From: Clostridiales bacterium
Lineage (GTDB): Bacteria > Bacillota > Clostridia > Oscillospirales > CAG-272
Direction: 5' to 3'
DNA length: 64,000 nucleotides
Assembly (NCBI GenBank): GCA_012519315.1
Contig: JAAYQM010000014.1
Span: forward strand, 158 to 64,157
Positions within the stretch are counted from its first letter, which is position 1; each line of letters begins with the position of its first letter. The translations under genes and the position numbers were made by a program. Shown here piece after piece: positions 49,040-59,042 of this stretch. The notes beneath the pieces are model-generated. The model saw nothing but the letters and a program-made list of their open reading frames with translations. It was not told the DNA's origin and made no database searches.

Positions 49040-50764
49040 TTGCGAAAGTTGTATTCATACATCAAGCCGTATATCTATACGTTAATCTTTGCAATGATTT
49101 GCAAGGGAAGCGCATCTGTTATTGATCTGCTGCTTTCATTTTTGCTGAGAAGTGTTATCAATGAGGGGATTGCCGAGGCGAATGTACCGAAAATAATTCG
49201 CCTTTGCATTGCAATGGTAATTGCGGCTGTAGCCGTTATTTCGCTTAACATTATTGGGCATTTTTTGTCCAGCCGCACCTCTCAGGGCGTGGGGGAAAAC
49301 CTTCGCAATGCCCTTTATGCCCGCATACAGCAAATGACCATACACAATGTGGAAACTGTTACTACATCCTCCCTGATTATGCGTGTAACAAATGATGTGG
49401 AGCATGTTCAGCGCGCTCTGATGATGATGATGCGCTTTATGATGCGGGCGCCGATTGTTGCAATTGGCGGAACGCTGTTATCATTGTGGATTGATCCGGT
49501 TTTGACGCTGGTTATTTTCCTGTCTATGATTATACTTACCGTCGGCAGTTTTTTTGTTTACTCTCAAACCCGAAAGATTTATCAGAGGGTGCAAAAAAGT
49601 CTTGACCGTATGACAACGATACTTAGGGAAAACCTTGAGGGAATAAGGGTAATCAAATCTTTTGACAAAAGCGGCTATGAGATAGGGCGTTTTGATGAGC
49701 AAAGCCGGGAGGTTCGCAAAAATGAGGTGAGGGCAGGCAATTACAATGCGGTGATGAGCCCCAGTATTGTTCTTATCACAAATATTACGATGATCGTTAT
49801 TTTATACATCAGCTCATTCCGGCTCGGTCTGTTTAAAATCGAGATAGGCGATGTTATTACCATAATGACCTATATTAACATGATTTTAAACGCTATGTCC
49901 GCTCTTCCCCGCATGTTTATTATGTTCAGTCGTGCAAACACGTCTGCCGATCGAATTGATGAGATCCTTAAAATTAGGACAACAACATATTACGGAGAAG
50001 AGGAGAGCCCTGCCGACACAGCTATTACGCTGGAGTTTTCGGATGTTACCTTCCGATATCCCAATGGCGAAAAGCCGGCTCTGCAAAACATCAATTTTAA
50101 GCTTGCGCGGGGAGAGACTCTGGCTATCATTGGTGAAACGGGCTCAGGAAAAACCAGCCTTCTTAATTTGATCTTAAGATTATACGATCCGACAGAGGGG
50201 GAGATATTTTTTCAGGGGAGACCGATTTCCTCTTACAAAAAGGATTATCTGACAAGTAAAGTCACTGCTGCCATGCAGCAATATAATATATTTGGCATGA
50301 GTATTAAGGAAAACATAATGTTGAACATTACCGAATATGACGATCGGCTTCAAAAATCGGTAAAAACAGCCCAGCTTGAGGAGATGGTGGATGAGCTTGA
50401 AAACGGGCTTGAGTATATGGTTGCGCAAAACGGAGCCAATCTGTCAGGCGGGCAAAAGCAGCGGTTAAGTATCGCGCGCACCCTGTTTCGCAATGCCGAT
50501 CTTGTGGTTCTTGACGATGTATCCAGCGCACTTGACTATACTACCGACTTGCGATTGCGCCGTGCATTGCGGAAAAATTACCGCAATACATCTGTGGTGC
50601 TTATATCTCAGCGTATTTCCAGCGTGCGGGGTGCTGATCAAATACTGGTATTGAAAAACGGGAGTATGGCGGGACTTGGAACACATGAATACCTGTTGAG
50701 CAACTGTGAGGTATATCAGAAGATCTGCGCCTCTCAAGGTGTTGAAATGGAGGTGGCGCAATGA
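49040..50764 (+). CDS. ABC exporter permease/ATPase, subunit with degenerate nucleotide-binding domain (NBD; BmrC/YheI/TM287-like)
   Basis: 574 aa. TTG start with GGGGGA 9 nt upstream. Six TM segments plus an NBD. Walker A GETGSGKT, signature LSGGQKQR, Walker B VVLDD (Asp in place of the catalytic Glu, 50516..50518), and switch SQR in place of AHR (Gln at 50609..50611). Confidence 0.9.
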   Translation: MRKLYSYIKPYIYTLIFAMICKGSASVIDLLLSFLLRSVINEGIAEANVPKIIRLCIAMVIAAVAVISLNIIGHFLSSRTSQGVGENLRNALYARIQQMTIHNVETVTTSSLIMRVTNDVEHVQRALMMMMRFMMRAPIVAIGGTLLSLWIDPVLTLVIFLSMIILTVGSFFVYSQTRKIYQRVQKSLDRMTTILRENLEGIRVIKSFDKSGYEIGRFDEQSREVRKNEVRAGNYNAVMSPSIVLITNITMIVILYISSFRLGLFKIEIGDVITIMTYINMILNAMSALPRMFIMFSRANTSADRIDEILKIRTTTYYGEEESPADTAITLEFSDVTFRYPNGEKPALQNINFKLARGETLAIIGETGSGKTSLLNLILRLYDPTEGEIFFQGRPISSYKKDYLTSKVTAAMQQYNIFGMSIKENIMLNITEYDDRLQKSVKTAQLEEMVDELENGLEYMVAQNGANLSGGQKQRLSIARTLFRNADLVVLDDVSSALDYTTDLRLRRALRKNYRNTSVVLISQRISSVRGADQILVLKNGSMAGLGTHEYLLSNCEVYQKICASQGVEMEVAQ

Positions 50765-52587
50765 GTATCGGGCAGAATATTAAGTCGCCTTCTAAAAAGC
50801 ACTCGAAACGGAGCTTTGGCTCCATCATTCGTATGATTAAATACATGATGCAATTTAAATACTTAATGCTCTGTATTTTTGCGGTGGTGATTGTATCGAA
50901 TCTGATTGCCATTCAAATTCCGGTTGCCGCAGGTAGAATGGTGGACGTAATGTCAGAGGGAATGGAAGTGGGGGCTATAGATTATATAGCTCTCGGACAA
51001 CATGCCCTGCAAATTTTAGCGATTGCACTTATCGTTTGTGTTTTAGGCATTATCCAGAATAAAATGATGCTCAATGTTGCACAAAAGATGGTTCTTCGTC
51101 TGAGACATGATGTGTTTACGGCCCTGACACGTCTGCCGGTTTCCTTTTTCGATAAAAATACAAAGGGGAATATTATGTCGGTGGTAACCGTTGATGTTGG
51201 AAATATCAGCGACACGGTATCATCCGACCTGATTACTCTTCTGTCGGGTGCTGTTACGGTGGGCGGTGTGCTTTTTAAAATGCTTGAAATCAGCCCTGCT
51301 CTGAGTTCTATCTTTATCATTACCGTGCCTGCGATGTTTATCACAGCACGCAAGATATCAAAAAACGCAAGACGTCTCTTCAGGGAGAAGAAAAACTGTT
51401 TTGGCGCCCTTTGCGGCTACACCGAGGAGATGGTTACCGCCCAAAAGACGGTGAAGGTGTACGGCATTGAGGATTACAACAACGAGCGGTTCAGGGAAAG
51501 ATCGAAGCAGTTAAAGCTGACCGGGCAACATGCCGAGTTTGTTTCGAGCACGATGATGCCCAGTATGAATTTTATCAATAATATCAATTTTATATTTGTC
51601 TGCATAGTTGGTGCTTTTTTGAAAATCATGCATGGAACTATCACTATCGGAGATATTGCAGCCTTTGTTCAGTATTCAAAAAAATTCTCCGCTCCCATTG
51701 TTGATACTGCCAATATTATCAATATGTGGCAGGCAACGCTGGCTGCCTGTGACAGAGTTTTTAGTATTATCGACCACCCAATCGAGCCGGGAATTCTTGA
51801 GGAGGAGAAGAAATTTGTCTCTCTGCCTGAGAAAATCCGCGGAGAGGTGGAGTTTCATGATGTTTCATTTTCATATATCCCCGGTGATCCGGTGCTGAAA
51901 AATGTCAACTTGAAAATTTCACCCGGGGAGAAGGTTGCCGTTGTCGGGGCTACCGGTTCAGGAAAAACAACGCTTATAAACCTGCTCTTGCGGTTTTATG
52001 ATGTGGACAGCGGAAAGATTACGATAGACGGGATTGATATCAGAGATCTTTCTCTTAGCGAGCTTAGGCGTTGTTATGCCCTTGTTTTGCAGGACAGCTG
52101 GCTCTTTGAGGGAACGGTAAGCGAAAATATCAGCTATGCGGCGCCGCATGAAGCAAAGAGTCAGGAAGAGATCGAGCGGATTTGCCGAGAGATCAGTGTT
52201 CATTCCTTCATTTCCAGCCTTCCACAGGGGTATGATACCGTTCTTAGGACTGATTCGGGCGGTCTGTCTCAGGGGCAGAAGCAGCTTATCAATATTGCAC
52301 GTACTTTTTTGTGTGATCCGCCGATTTTTATTCTGGACGAGGCCACATCCTCGGTTGATACGCTGACCGAATTGAATATTAAGGAAACTACCGAAAAGGT
52401 TACAAGAGGAAAGACGGCCATAATTATTGCGCATCGTTTGTCCACCATACTTAATTGTGATAAAATTGTAGTGATGAGGGACGGGTGTATTCAGGAAGTG
52501 GGAACCCACAATGAGCTGACAGCGCAAAATGGTCTTTACCACAGCTTGTATCAAAGTCAATTTGCCTCAACAATGGAGGCTCAGTGA
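50761..52587 (+). CDS. ABC exporter permease/ATPase, subunit with consensus NBD (BmrD/YheH/TM288-like)
   Basis: 608 aa. It overlaps the upstream stop by 4 nt. Walker A GATGSGKT, Walker B ILDEATS, switch IIAHRLS. The signature is LSQGQ (Gln in place of Gly, 52270..52272). Confidence 0.9.
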   Translation: MSIGQNIKSPSKKHSKRSFGSIIRMIKYMMQFKYLMLCIFAVVIVSNLIAIQIPVAAGRMVDVMSEGMEVGAIDYIALGQHALQILAIALIVCVLGIIQNKMMLNVAQKMVLRLRHDVFTALTRLPVSFFDKNTKGNIMSVVTVDVGNISDTVSSDLITLLSGAVTVGGVLFKMLEISPALSSIFIITVPAMFITARKISKNARRLFREKKNCFGALCGYTEEMVTAQKTVKVYGIEDYNNERFRERSKQLKLTGQHAEFVSSTMMPSMNFINNINFIFVCIVGAFLKIMHGTITIGDIAAFVQYSKKFSAPIVDTANIINMWQATLAACDRVFSIIDHPIEPGILEEEKKFVSLPEKIRGEVEFHDVSFSYIPGDPVLKNVNLKISPGEKVAVVGATGSGKTTLINLLLRFYDVDSGKITIDGIDIRDLSLSELRRCYALVLQDSWLFEGTVSENISYAAPHEAKSQEEIERICREISVHSFISSLPQGYDTVLRTDSGGLSQGQKQLINIARTFLCDPPIFILDEATSSVDTLTELNIKETTEKVTRGKTAIIIAHRLSTILNCDKIVVMRDGCIQEVGTHNELTAQNGLYHSLYQSQFASTMEAQ

Positions 52588-52610
52588 CCTTATATCAAGA
52601 CAGATAAATT

Positions 52611-52645
52611 AAACCATCGCTTCAAAAAATGAGCGATGGTTTATT
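52611..52645. terminator. bidirectional terminator between the exporter and purF
   Basis: AAACCATCGCT-TCAAAAAATG-AGCGATGGTTT. Confidence 0.7.
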
Positions 52646-52681
52646 AATATTTGCCGGAAAGTATAAGTATGAGAAGGGGTA

Positions 52682-54154
52682 TTAATCGTCTGAGTCGCCC
52701 GATTTTGTCGGGGAGTGGTTGGAAAATTGCGATTCGAAAACGGATTTTTGAGGGTGCTCAGGCAGCTCAAAGGGATAGCTTCCTGAGAAGCAGGCATCGC
52801 AACATGACAGCTTAGAGTCTTTAACAATTTCGGGCAGGTGCTCAAGCTGCAGAAAACCGAGAGAGTCCGCGCCGATTTTTTTACACAGCTCATCTTCGGT
52901 GTAAATGTTGCAGACAAGGCTGTCCCGGTCAGGGACATCAGTTCCGAAATAGCAGGGCCACAAGAATTTTGGGGAGCTGATACGGACATGGACCTCCTTT
53001 GCGCCTGCGTTTTTGATCATACGAACCAGATTTGCAATAGTCGTTCCTCGGACAATTGAATCGTCTACAAGGACTACCCGCTTGTCTTGTATATTGTGGC
53101 GCAGAACGTTAAGCTTGATAAGGATGCTCGTCTCACGCATTGATTGATTGGGTTGTATGAAGGTGCGGCCGATATAGCGGTTTTTAATAAGGCCCTCGCC
53201 GTAGGGGATGCCGCTTTCCCTCGAATAGCCGATGGCGGCAATAATACCTGAGTCGGGCACGGCTATGACAATATCGGCATCAACGGGATGTGCTTTGGCC
53301 AGAAGGCGGCCGGCGGTAATGCGTGATTCGTAAACGCTTTGCTTGTCTATCACACTGTCCGGTCGGGCGAAATAAATGTGCTCAAAGATGCAAAGGGCGG
53401 ATCTTTTATCATTCGGAGAGCAAAAATCTTCATGGGAATGAATAATATTAAACGCCCTGTCAGCGACCACGATTTCTCCCGGACGGAGATCTCGGATAAA
53501 TCGGGCTTTAAGGGTATCAAGGGCACAGCTTTCCGATGAAAAAACGGTCGTATCATCGGTCTGCCCCATGCAAAGCGGACGAATGCCGTAGGGATCACGG
53601 ACGGCGATTAATTTTTTCGGGCTCATGACAAGGAGGGAAAAGGAGCCCTTAAGCATGGGGATTACACGCTTTATAGCTTCCTCTACCGACGGTGTTTTTA
53701 CTCTTTCCCGGGCAATGAGGTAGCAAATAACCTCGGTATCGCTGCCGGTTTGAAACACGGCGCCTTCATTTTCAAGAGAGGTTCGCAGCTCTAAGGCGTT
53801 GGCAATGTTGCCGTTATGGGCTATGGTGAGTGTTCCCTTTGCGTATTTAACCACCAAGGGCTGGGCGTTTTCTCGTGTGTTGCTTCCGGTTGTTGAATAT
53901 CTAACATGACCGATGGCAATATTCCCTTGAAGCATGGAGAGCCGCTTGTCATCAAAGACATCGCCGACAAGACCGAGATCTTTATAGCATGTGACCTTTT
54001 CGGAGTTGTTGATGGCAATGCCACAGCTCTCCTGTCCGCGGTGTTGGAGAGAATAGAGACCGTAGTAAATCATCCTTGAGGCCTCGTGGCTGTTTTCAGT
54101 ATAGATACCGATAAGACCGCATTCTTCACCGATACCGGTGTATCTTTTGTTCAT
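52682..54154 (-). CDS. purF: amidophosphoribosyltransferase
   Basis: MNKRYTGIGEE-CGLIGIY is a short propeptide followed by the catalytic Cys, as in B. subtilis PurF. The PRPP loop VVLVDDSIVRGTT is present. A GTG at 54160 is an alternative start. The ORF-track start at 54256 is too long. Confidence 0.9.
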   Translation of the reverse strand: MNKRYTGIGEECGLIGIYTENSHEASRMIYYGLYSLQHRGQESCGIAINNSEKVTCYKDLGLVGDVFDDKRLSMLQGNIAIGHVRYSTTGSNTRENAQPLVVKYAKGTLTIAHNGNIANALELRTSLENEGAVFQTGSDTEVICYLIARERVKTPSVEEAIKRVIPMLKGSFSLLVMSPKKLIAVRDPYGIRPLCMGQTDDTTVFSSESCALDTLKARFIRDLRPGEIVVADRAFNIIHSHEDFCSPNDKRSALCIFEHIYFARPDSVIDKQSVYESRITAGRLLAKAHPVDADIVIAVPDSGIIAAIGYSRESGIPYGEGLIKNRYIGRTFIQPNQSMRETSILIKLNVLRHNIQDKRVVLVDDSIVRGTTIANLVRMIKNAGAKEVHVRISSPKFLWPCYFGTDVPDRDSLVCNIYTEDELCKKIGADSLGFLQLEHLPEIVKDSKLSCCDACFSGSYPFELPEHPQKSVFESQFSNHSPTKSGDSDD

Positions 54155-54388
54155 GTTCACTTTTTTGTTTCCTCCGATTAAACGGCCCATACAATCGGAC
54201 GGACCTGTATATGCCATAAGAGTTTGTATTAATATAAGGAGCGTCAGTCTGCCCAAAGAAAGGTCTCTTTAAGCTGCTGCGCCTAAACGGTTATTTTTTA
54301 TATACTGTGATAGAAATAATTATATCACAAAATGTTGTAAAAGCAATTGTACGTTTTTACATTTTTAAACAAATAATAATAAAAAAAC

Positions 54389-55318
54389 TTATACAACAAT
54401 TTTGATCGCATTATGTACCACGCCGATTTTCACCTCGGGCAGACCGCTGTGATATTCTCCATCCAAAGACCACGGGACATTTTCTCCTCCGGTGAAGGTG
54501 ATGTTGTTAGTTTGGAAGAATATTACATCCTTGCCGTTATATTTGCAATGGAGCACATCGTGGGCAATGTTGCAAAGGCTTGAAAAATTCTGGGGATTGC
54601 GAATCAGCATAACCTCAAACAGACCGTCGTTCATATTAACCGTTTTGCGATCAAGTTTTACAAGCCCTCCGATGGATGTTGAGTTTGTCACGGCGCCAAA
54701 AATAAATTCATCCTCGTATTCGGTGCCGTTGGCGATGATTTTCATATGTTTTGGTTTAAATTCCTCTGGATTAGAGAAGCTGCGGATTCCTTCAAAAACA
54801 TAAGCCAGATGCCCGATGCGGTTTTTTGATTTTTGAGGGGTGGAATAGGAAACGCTGGTGAAGGCGCCAAAGGAAGCGACATATGCAAAATAGCGCCGGT
54901 CGGCAAAAAATCCGAGATCAACAAAACGGGGGCGCCCTTTACCGATTGCTCGGGCGGCTTTTATTGGATTTTTGGAGATTTGCATGCTTTGGGCAAAATC
55001 ATTGGTGGTGCCTGCGGGAATATAGGCTAAAAGAGGACGTGCCCTTGAGCGCATGATTCCGTTAATCACTTCGTTCAGGGTGCCGTCGCCGCCATAGCAG
55101 ATGATCATATCAACACAGGGGGACAGGCTCTCGGCAATTTCCGAAGCATGGTTTCTTGATTTTGTCATTTCCATTGTAACCGATTGACCTGATTGATGGA
55201 ATATCTCAATAATGTTATCGAAAAAATGGGGGGATTTGTTTCTGCCGGCGTTAGGATTGGCGATTACCAGCAGCTTCATATCTGGCGAATCAAAAACTCT
55301 GTCCTGCCTTAGATGCAT
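54389..55318 (-). CDS. diacylglycerol/lipid kinase family protein (YegS/DagK-like)
   Basis: The ATG at 55318 has GGAGGG 7 nt upstream. Contains LVIANPNAGR and YGGDGTLNEV. Confidence 0.85.
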   Translation of the reverse strand: MHLRQDRVFDSPDMKLLVIANPNAGRNKSPHFFDNIIEIFHQSGQSVTMEMTKSRNHASEIAESLSPCVDMIICYGGDGTLNEVINGIMRSRARPLLAYIPAGTTNDFAQSMQISKNPIKAARAIGKGRPRFVDLGFFADRRYFAYVASFGAFTSVSYSTPQKSKNRIGHLAYVFEGIRSFSNPEEFKPKHMKIIANGTEYEDEFIFGAVTNSTSIGGLVKLDRKTVNMNDGLFEVMLIRNPQNFSSLCNIAHDVLHCKYNGKDVIFFQTNNITFTGGENVPWSLDGEYHSGLPEVKIGVVHNAIKIVV

Positions 55319-55435
55319 ATTCGCACCCTCCTGTTTATTTATACGATTCAAAAACATTTAGTATATATCCCTATTCATTATAGCAGATATTTACCCTATT
55401 GTACAGGAGCTAAAACTAACGATTGTAAAAAAATA

Positions 55436-55464
55436 TTGAATTTATGATAGAATGGGTTTATAAT
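55436..55464 (+). promoter_or_regulatory. putative nadE promoter
   Basis: TTGAAT (55436-55441), a 17-nt spacer, then TATAAT (55459-55464). Confidence 0.55.
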
Positions 55465-55517
55465 AAAGACATAAAGCTTTATGCATTTGCATGAAGAGAA
55501 AAAAAGGATGAATAAAA

Positions 55518-57491
55518 ATGAGAGATGGATTTGTAAAGGTCGCCGTTGCAACGCCGAATATCAGGGTTGCTGATTGTCAATACAATATTGAAGAAATAGT
55601 AAAAATCGCAAGATCGGCAGCCAAAAGAGGCGCAAAGCTGCTGGTGTTGCCTGAGCTGTGCGTGACAGCCTATACCTGTGCGGATCTCTTTTTGCAAACA
55701 AGGCTGCTTGATTCGGCTGAGAGGGCGCTTGAACATTTTGTTTCTGTAAGCGCAGAGCTTGATATGGTGACGGTGCTTGGTCTTCCGGTTCGTCATGGGA
55801 CCTCTCTTTACAACTGTGCCGCCGTTGTTTGTCGTGGTGAGCTGCTTGGTCTCGTTCCGAAAACATATATTCCTAATTACGGAGAGTATTATGAGGGACG
55901 TTATTTTGCTTCGGCGCCACAGGAGAATCAACCTGCAAAAATCGGCTCCCTTGAATGCCTGATGGGCAGTCGGCTGCTCTTTGTGTGCAGAGAGATGCCC
56001 TCTTTTGTACTTGCGGCAGAGCTTTGCGAGGATTTGTGGACGCCCGTTCCGCCTTCCTCTGCCCATGCACTGGCCGGCGCGACTGTTATTGCAAATTTAT
56101 CGGCTAGCAGCGAGATTGTCGGAAAAGCCGAACATCGCAGGAATCTCGTCTTGTCCCAATCGAGCAGGCTGATCTCAGCCTATTTGTATGCGGATGCAGG
56201 TACTGGGGAATCAACCACCGATGTGGTTTTTTCAGGAAACAACTTCATTGGGGAAAGCGGGAAAATCCTTGCTGAGAGCAAGCCTTTTTCGTTGGGGCAG
56301 AGGGACGGCGATCAAAATATTATATACAGCGAGATCGATCTTGACAGGTTGTCGGGAGAACGCCTTCGCTCGGCTGCTTATTCCTCTTTCAATATGTCGT
56401 GCTACAATATTTGCAAATTCAGCTTGACGATAGGGAAGACCGATTTGACAAGGTTTGTTGATCCTCATCCTTTCGTTCCGGCAAGCCATGAGGAGCGTAA
56501 AGAACGCTGTGAGACAATTCTCTCCATTCAAGCGCATGGTCTCAAGCAGCGCATAGAACGCGCAAAGGCTGAGTGTCCGGTTATTGCGGTTTCGGGCGGG
56601 CTGGACTCCTGTCTTGCGTTGCTGGTGGTGGTTAGAGCCAATGATATGCTTTTGCGTCCACGCAAGAATATTCTTGCGGTGACGATGCCATGTTTTGGCA
56701 CGACAAAGCGAACAAAGACGAATGCCGAACGGCTCTGTGCCGCTCTTGGTGTTACTCTCCGCTGCATTGATATAAGGGAGTCGGTAGAATTGCATTTTCG
56801 GGATATCGGACATGATCCGAAAAGCTACAATGTCGTGTATGAAAATGCCCAGGCAAGGCAGCGAACGCAAACGATCATGAATATCGCCAATGCAGAAAAC
56901 GGGCTTGTTATCGGGACGGGGGATCTCTCTGAGCTGGCCCTCGGTTGGGCGACCTATAACGGAGACCATATGTCTATGTATGGGGTGAATGCTTCGGTGC
57001 CAAAGACCTTGGTTCGTCACATTGTCGACTATTGCGCCGATTTTTACGAGGAAAAAGGGGAAAAGGAGATTGCCGAGGTTTTACGGGATATCCTTGCCAC
57101 TCCGGTCAGCCCTGAATTATTGCCGGCGAGAGGGGATCAGATAGTACAGAAAACGGAGGATATTGTCGGTCCTTATGAGCTGCATGATTTTTATCTGTAC
57201 AACATGATCCGGTTTGGATTCTCCCCTAAAAAGCTGTACCGGCTTGCCTTACGTGCCTTTGAGGGCACATATCAGCCTTCGCAGATTTTGCGCTGGCTTG
57301 AAGTTTTTATCAAAATATTCTTTGCTCAACAGTTTAAGCGCTCCTGTATGCCCGACGGACCTAAGGTTGGGACCGTTTCCTTTTCACCGCGAAGCGACTG
57401 GAGAATGCCGAGCGATGCATCTGCTGAGCTCTGGCTTGCGGAAATTGACGAGTTGAAAAGACTGTTAAATCACGAGGATATCCATGCTTAA
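55518..57491 (+). CDS. nadE: glutamine-dependent NAD(+) synthase
   Basis: 657 aa. The N-terminal nitrilase-like domain has LLVLPELCVTAY. The C-terminal synthetase domain has the PP-loop VIAVSGGLDSCLAL. Confidence 0.9.
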   Translation: MRDGFVKVAVATPNIRVADCQYNIEEIVKIARSAAKRGAKLLVLPELCVTAYTCADLFLQTRLLDSAERALEHFVSVSAELDMVTVLGLPVRHGTSLYNCAAVVCRGELLGLVPKTYIPNYGEYYEGRYFASAPQENQPAKIGSLECLMGSRLLFVCREMPSFVLAAELCEDLWTPVPPSSAHALAGATVIANLSASSEIVGKAEHRRNLVLSQSSRLISAYLYADAGTGESTTDVVFSGNNFIGESGKILAESKPFSLGQRDGDQNIIYSEIDLDRLSGERLRSAAYSSFNMSCYNICKFSLTIGKTDLTRFVDPHPFVPASHEERKERCETILSIQAHGLKQRIERAKAECPVIAVSGGLDSCLALLVVVRANDMLLRPRKNILAVTMPCFGTTKRTKTNAERLCAALGVTLRCIDIRESVELHFRDIGHDPKSYNVVYENAQARQRTQTIMNIANAENGLVIGTGDLSELALGWATYNGDHMSMYGVNASVPKTLVRHIVDYCADFYEEKGEKEIAEVLRDILATPVSPELLPARGDQIVQKTEDIVGPYELHDFYLYNMIRFGFSPKKLYRLALRAFEGTYQPSQILRWLEVFIKIFFAQQFKRSCMPDGPKVGTVSFSPRSDWRMPSDASAELWLAEIDELKRLLNHEDIHA

Positions 57492-58230
57492 CAACAATAA
57501 TTATGATGAGGCTTTTTCGCGGACGAGGCTGCTTTTAGGCGATGAGGCTATGGGAATACTATCAAAGAAGGCTGTGATTCTCTTTGGTCTTGGCGGGGTG
57601 GGCGGCTTTGCGTTGGAAGCCCTTGTCAGGGGTGGGGTCGGCAGAATAGTTATTGTCGATTATGATACCGTCTCGGTAAGCAATCTAAACCGGCAGATTA
57701 TTGCTGATACAACAACCCTAGGCCGCCTTAAAACCGATGTGGCTGCGGAACGTGCCTTGCGGATTCGTCCGGATGCTGACATTTATAAGCTTACCTGCTT
57801 TATCAACGAGGAAAACATCCCGCAGCTTCTGGAAAGCGCCGGCAGGGTCGATTATATTATTGATGCAATTGACACTGTCTCCTCAAAGCTTGCCCTCGTT
57901 GAGTATGCCACAGAAAAGGGGATTCCGATAATTTCCTCCATGGGCACGGGAAACAAGCTGGATCCTACCCGGTTTCGTATAACCGATATATCAAAAACCT
58001 CGGTCTGCCCGCTTGCAAGAGTGATGAGGCGAGAGCTGAGGGCAAGGGGAATCCATCATCTGGAGGTTTTATACAGTATAGAAGAGCCCCGTAAAGCGGT
58101 TGCCGATATGCCGGGGGTGACGCGCCATGCGCCGGGATCGGTTTCCTTTGTGCCTCCTGTTGCCGGTATGATACTTGCCGGACATGTGATAAAAAAAATG
58201 ATTGCGGGAATACCCCACGCTGAAAGCTAA
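57484..58230 (+). CDS. tcdA: tRNA threonylcarbamoyladenosine dehydratase (ThiF/E1-like)
   Basis: 248 aa. It overlaps nadE by 8 nt. Contains VILFGLGGVGGFALEALVRGGVGRIVIVDYDTVSVSNLNRQ. Confidence 0.85.
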   Translation: MLNNNNYDEAFSRTRLLLGDEAMGILSKKAVILFGLGGVGGFALEALVRGGVGRIVIVDYDTVSVSNLNRQIIADTTTLGRLKTDVAAERALRIRPDADIYKLTCFINEENIPQLLESAGRVDYIIDAIDTVSSKLALVEYATEKGIPIISSMGTGNKLDPTRFRITDISKTSVCPLARVMRRELRARGIHHLEVLYSIEEPRKAVADMPGVTRHAPGSVSFVPPVAGMILAGHVIKKMIAGIPHAES

Positions 58231-58237
58231 AGAATCA

Positions 58238-58283
58238 AATCCCGAAGAGGAAGCATAGCGCTATGCTTCCTCCTCGGGATTTT
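58238..58283. terminator. bidirectional terminator between tcdA and pflA
   Basis: AAATCCCGAAGAGGAAGCATAG-C-CTATGCTTCCTCCTCGGGATTT, a stem of about 22 bp. Confidence 0.75.
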
Positions 58284-58305
58284 AAATGCGGAGTATTAAT
58301 AATAA

Positions 58306-59019
58306 TTATCTATACCTTTCAGGCAATAAGGCGATAAGGGACTCAATTTCAGATTCGGTCATTTCGGGCGTATCCTCCAAGGGGAAAGTCATGCCGAGGG
58401 CGTCATATTTTTCCTTACACAGGGTGCGGAAGGGCAAAAGCTCAATACGCTCAACACAAGAAAAGGGGGAAACAAGCTTATAAAGGCGCAGTATATCTTC
58501 GGCACGGTCATTGATTTTCGGAACAATAACCTGTCTTATCCAAACTCTCTTGTTGGCTTTGTCAAGAAAGCGCAGATAGTCAAGGGCAACAGAGAGATCG
58601 CCGCCGGTATGCAGCTTATAGTTTTCTTCATCGTTCATCTTAATATCAAGCATAACAAGATCCGCCATATTGGTGGCTTTTGCAACCATACTCTCAGGTA
58701 TTGCGCTGGCGGTGTCAATGGCGGTATGAATGCCCTTTTGTTTGAGGAGAGAAAGGGTTTCAAATAAAAAATCGGGCTGCATGAGGGGCTCTCCCCCTGA
58801 AAAGGTGATGCCGCCGTCCTTGCCGAAAAAGGGGAAAAAACGGGAAATGCGGTCGATCAGCTCGGTCGGGGTGATTTGCTCGCCTTTGTGCGGTTGCCAG
58901 GTGTCGGGGTTATGGCAGTAGAAACAGCGCAAGGGGCAGCCCTGCATGAAGATGACGGTGCGGATTCCCGGTCCGTCCTTTGTGCTCATGCTGCAAATAG
59001 AATGAATATGTCCAATCAC
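58306..59019 (-). CDS. pflA: glycyl-radical enzyme activating protein (pyruvate formate-lyase activase type, radical SAM)
   Basis: 237 aa. Contains HSICSMSTKDGPGIRTVIFMQGCPLRCFYCHNPDTW (CxxxCxxC) and GGITFSGGEPL. Confidence 0.85.
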   Translation of the reverse strand: MIGHIHSICSMSTKDGPGIRTVIFMQGCPLRCFYCHNPDTWQPHKGEQITPTELIDRISRFFPFFGKDGGITFSGGEPLMQPDFLFETLSLLKQKGIHTAIDTASAIPESMVAKATNMADLVMLDIKMNDEENYKLHTGGDLSVALDYLRFLDKANKRVWIRQVIVPKINDRAEDILRLYKLVSPFSCVERIELLPFRTLCKEKYDALGMTFPLEDTPEMTESEIESLIALLPERYR

Positions 59020-59042
59020 GGCAACCCTCTTTTCTGCGAAAA

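Noticed and set aside
51958-52560. 200-aa minus-strand ORF
   Set aside because: It is antisense to the second ABC exporter gene and is a shadow ORF.
55479-57020. 195-aa and 262-aa minus-strand ORFs (55479..56066 and 56232..57020)
   Set aside because: Both lie inside nadE on the opposite strand. Their translations are Arg/Cys/His-rich with no motifs. nadE has clear nitrilase and PP-loop signatures.
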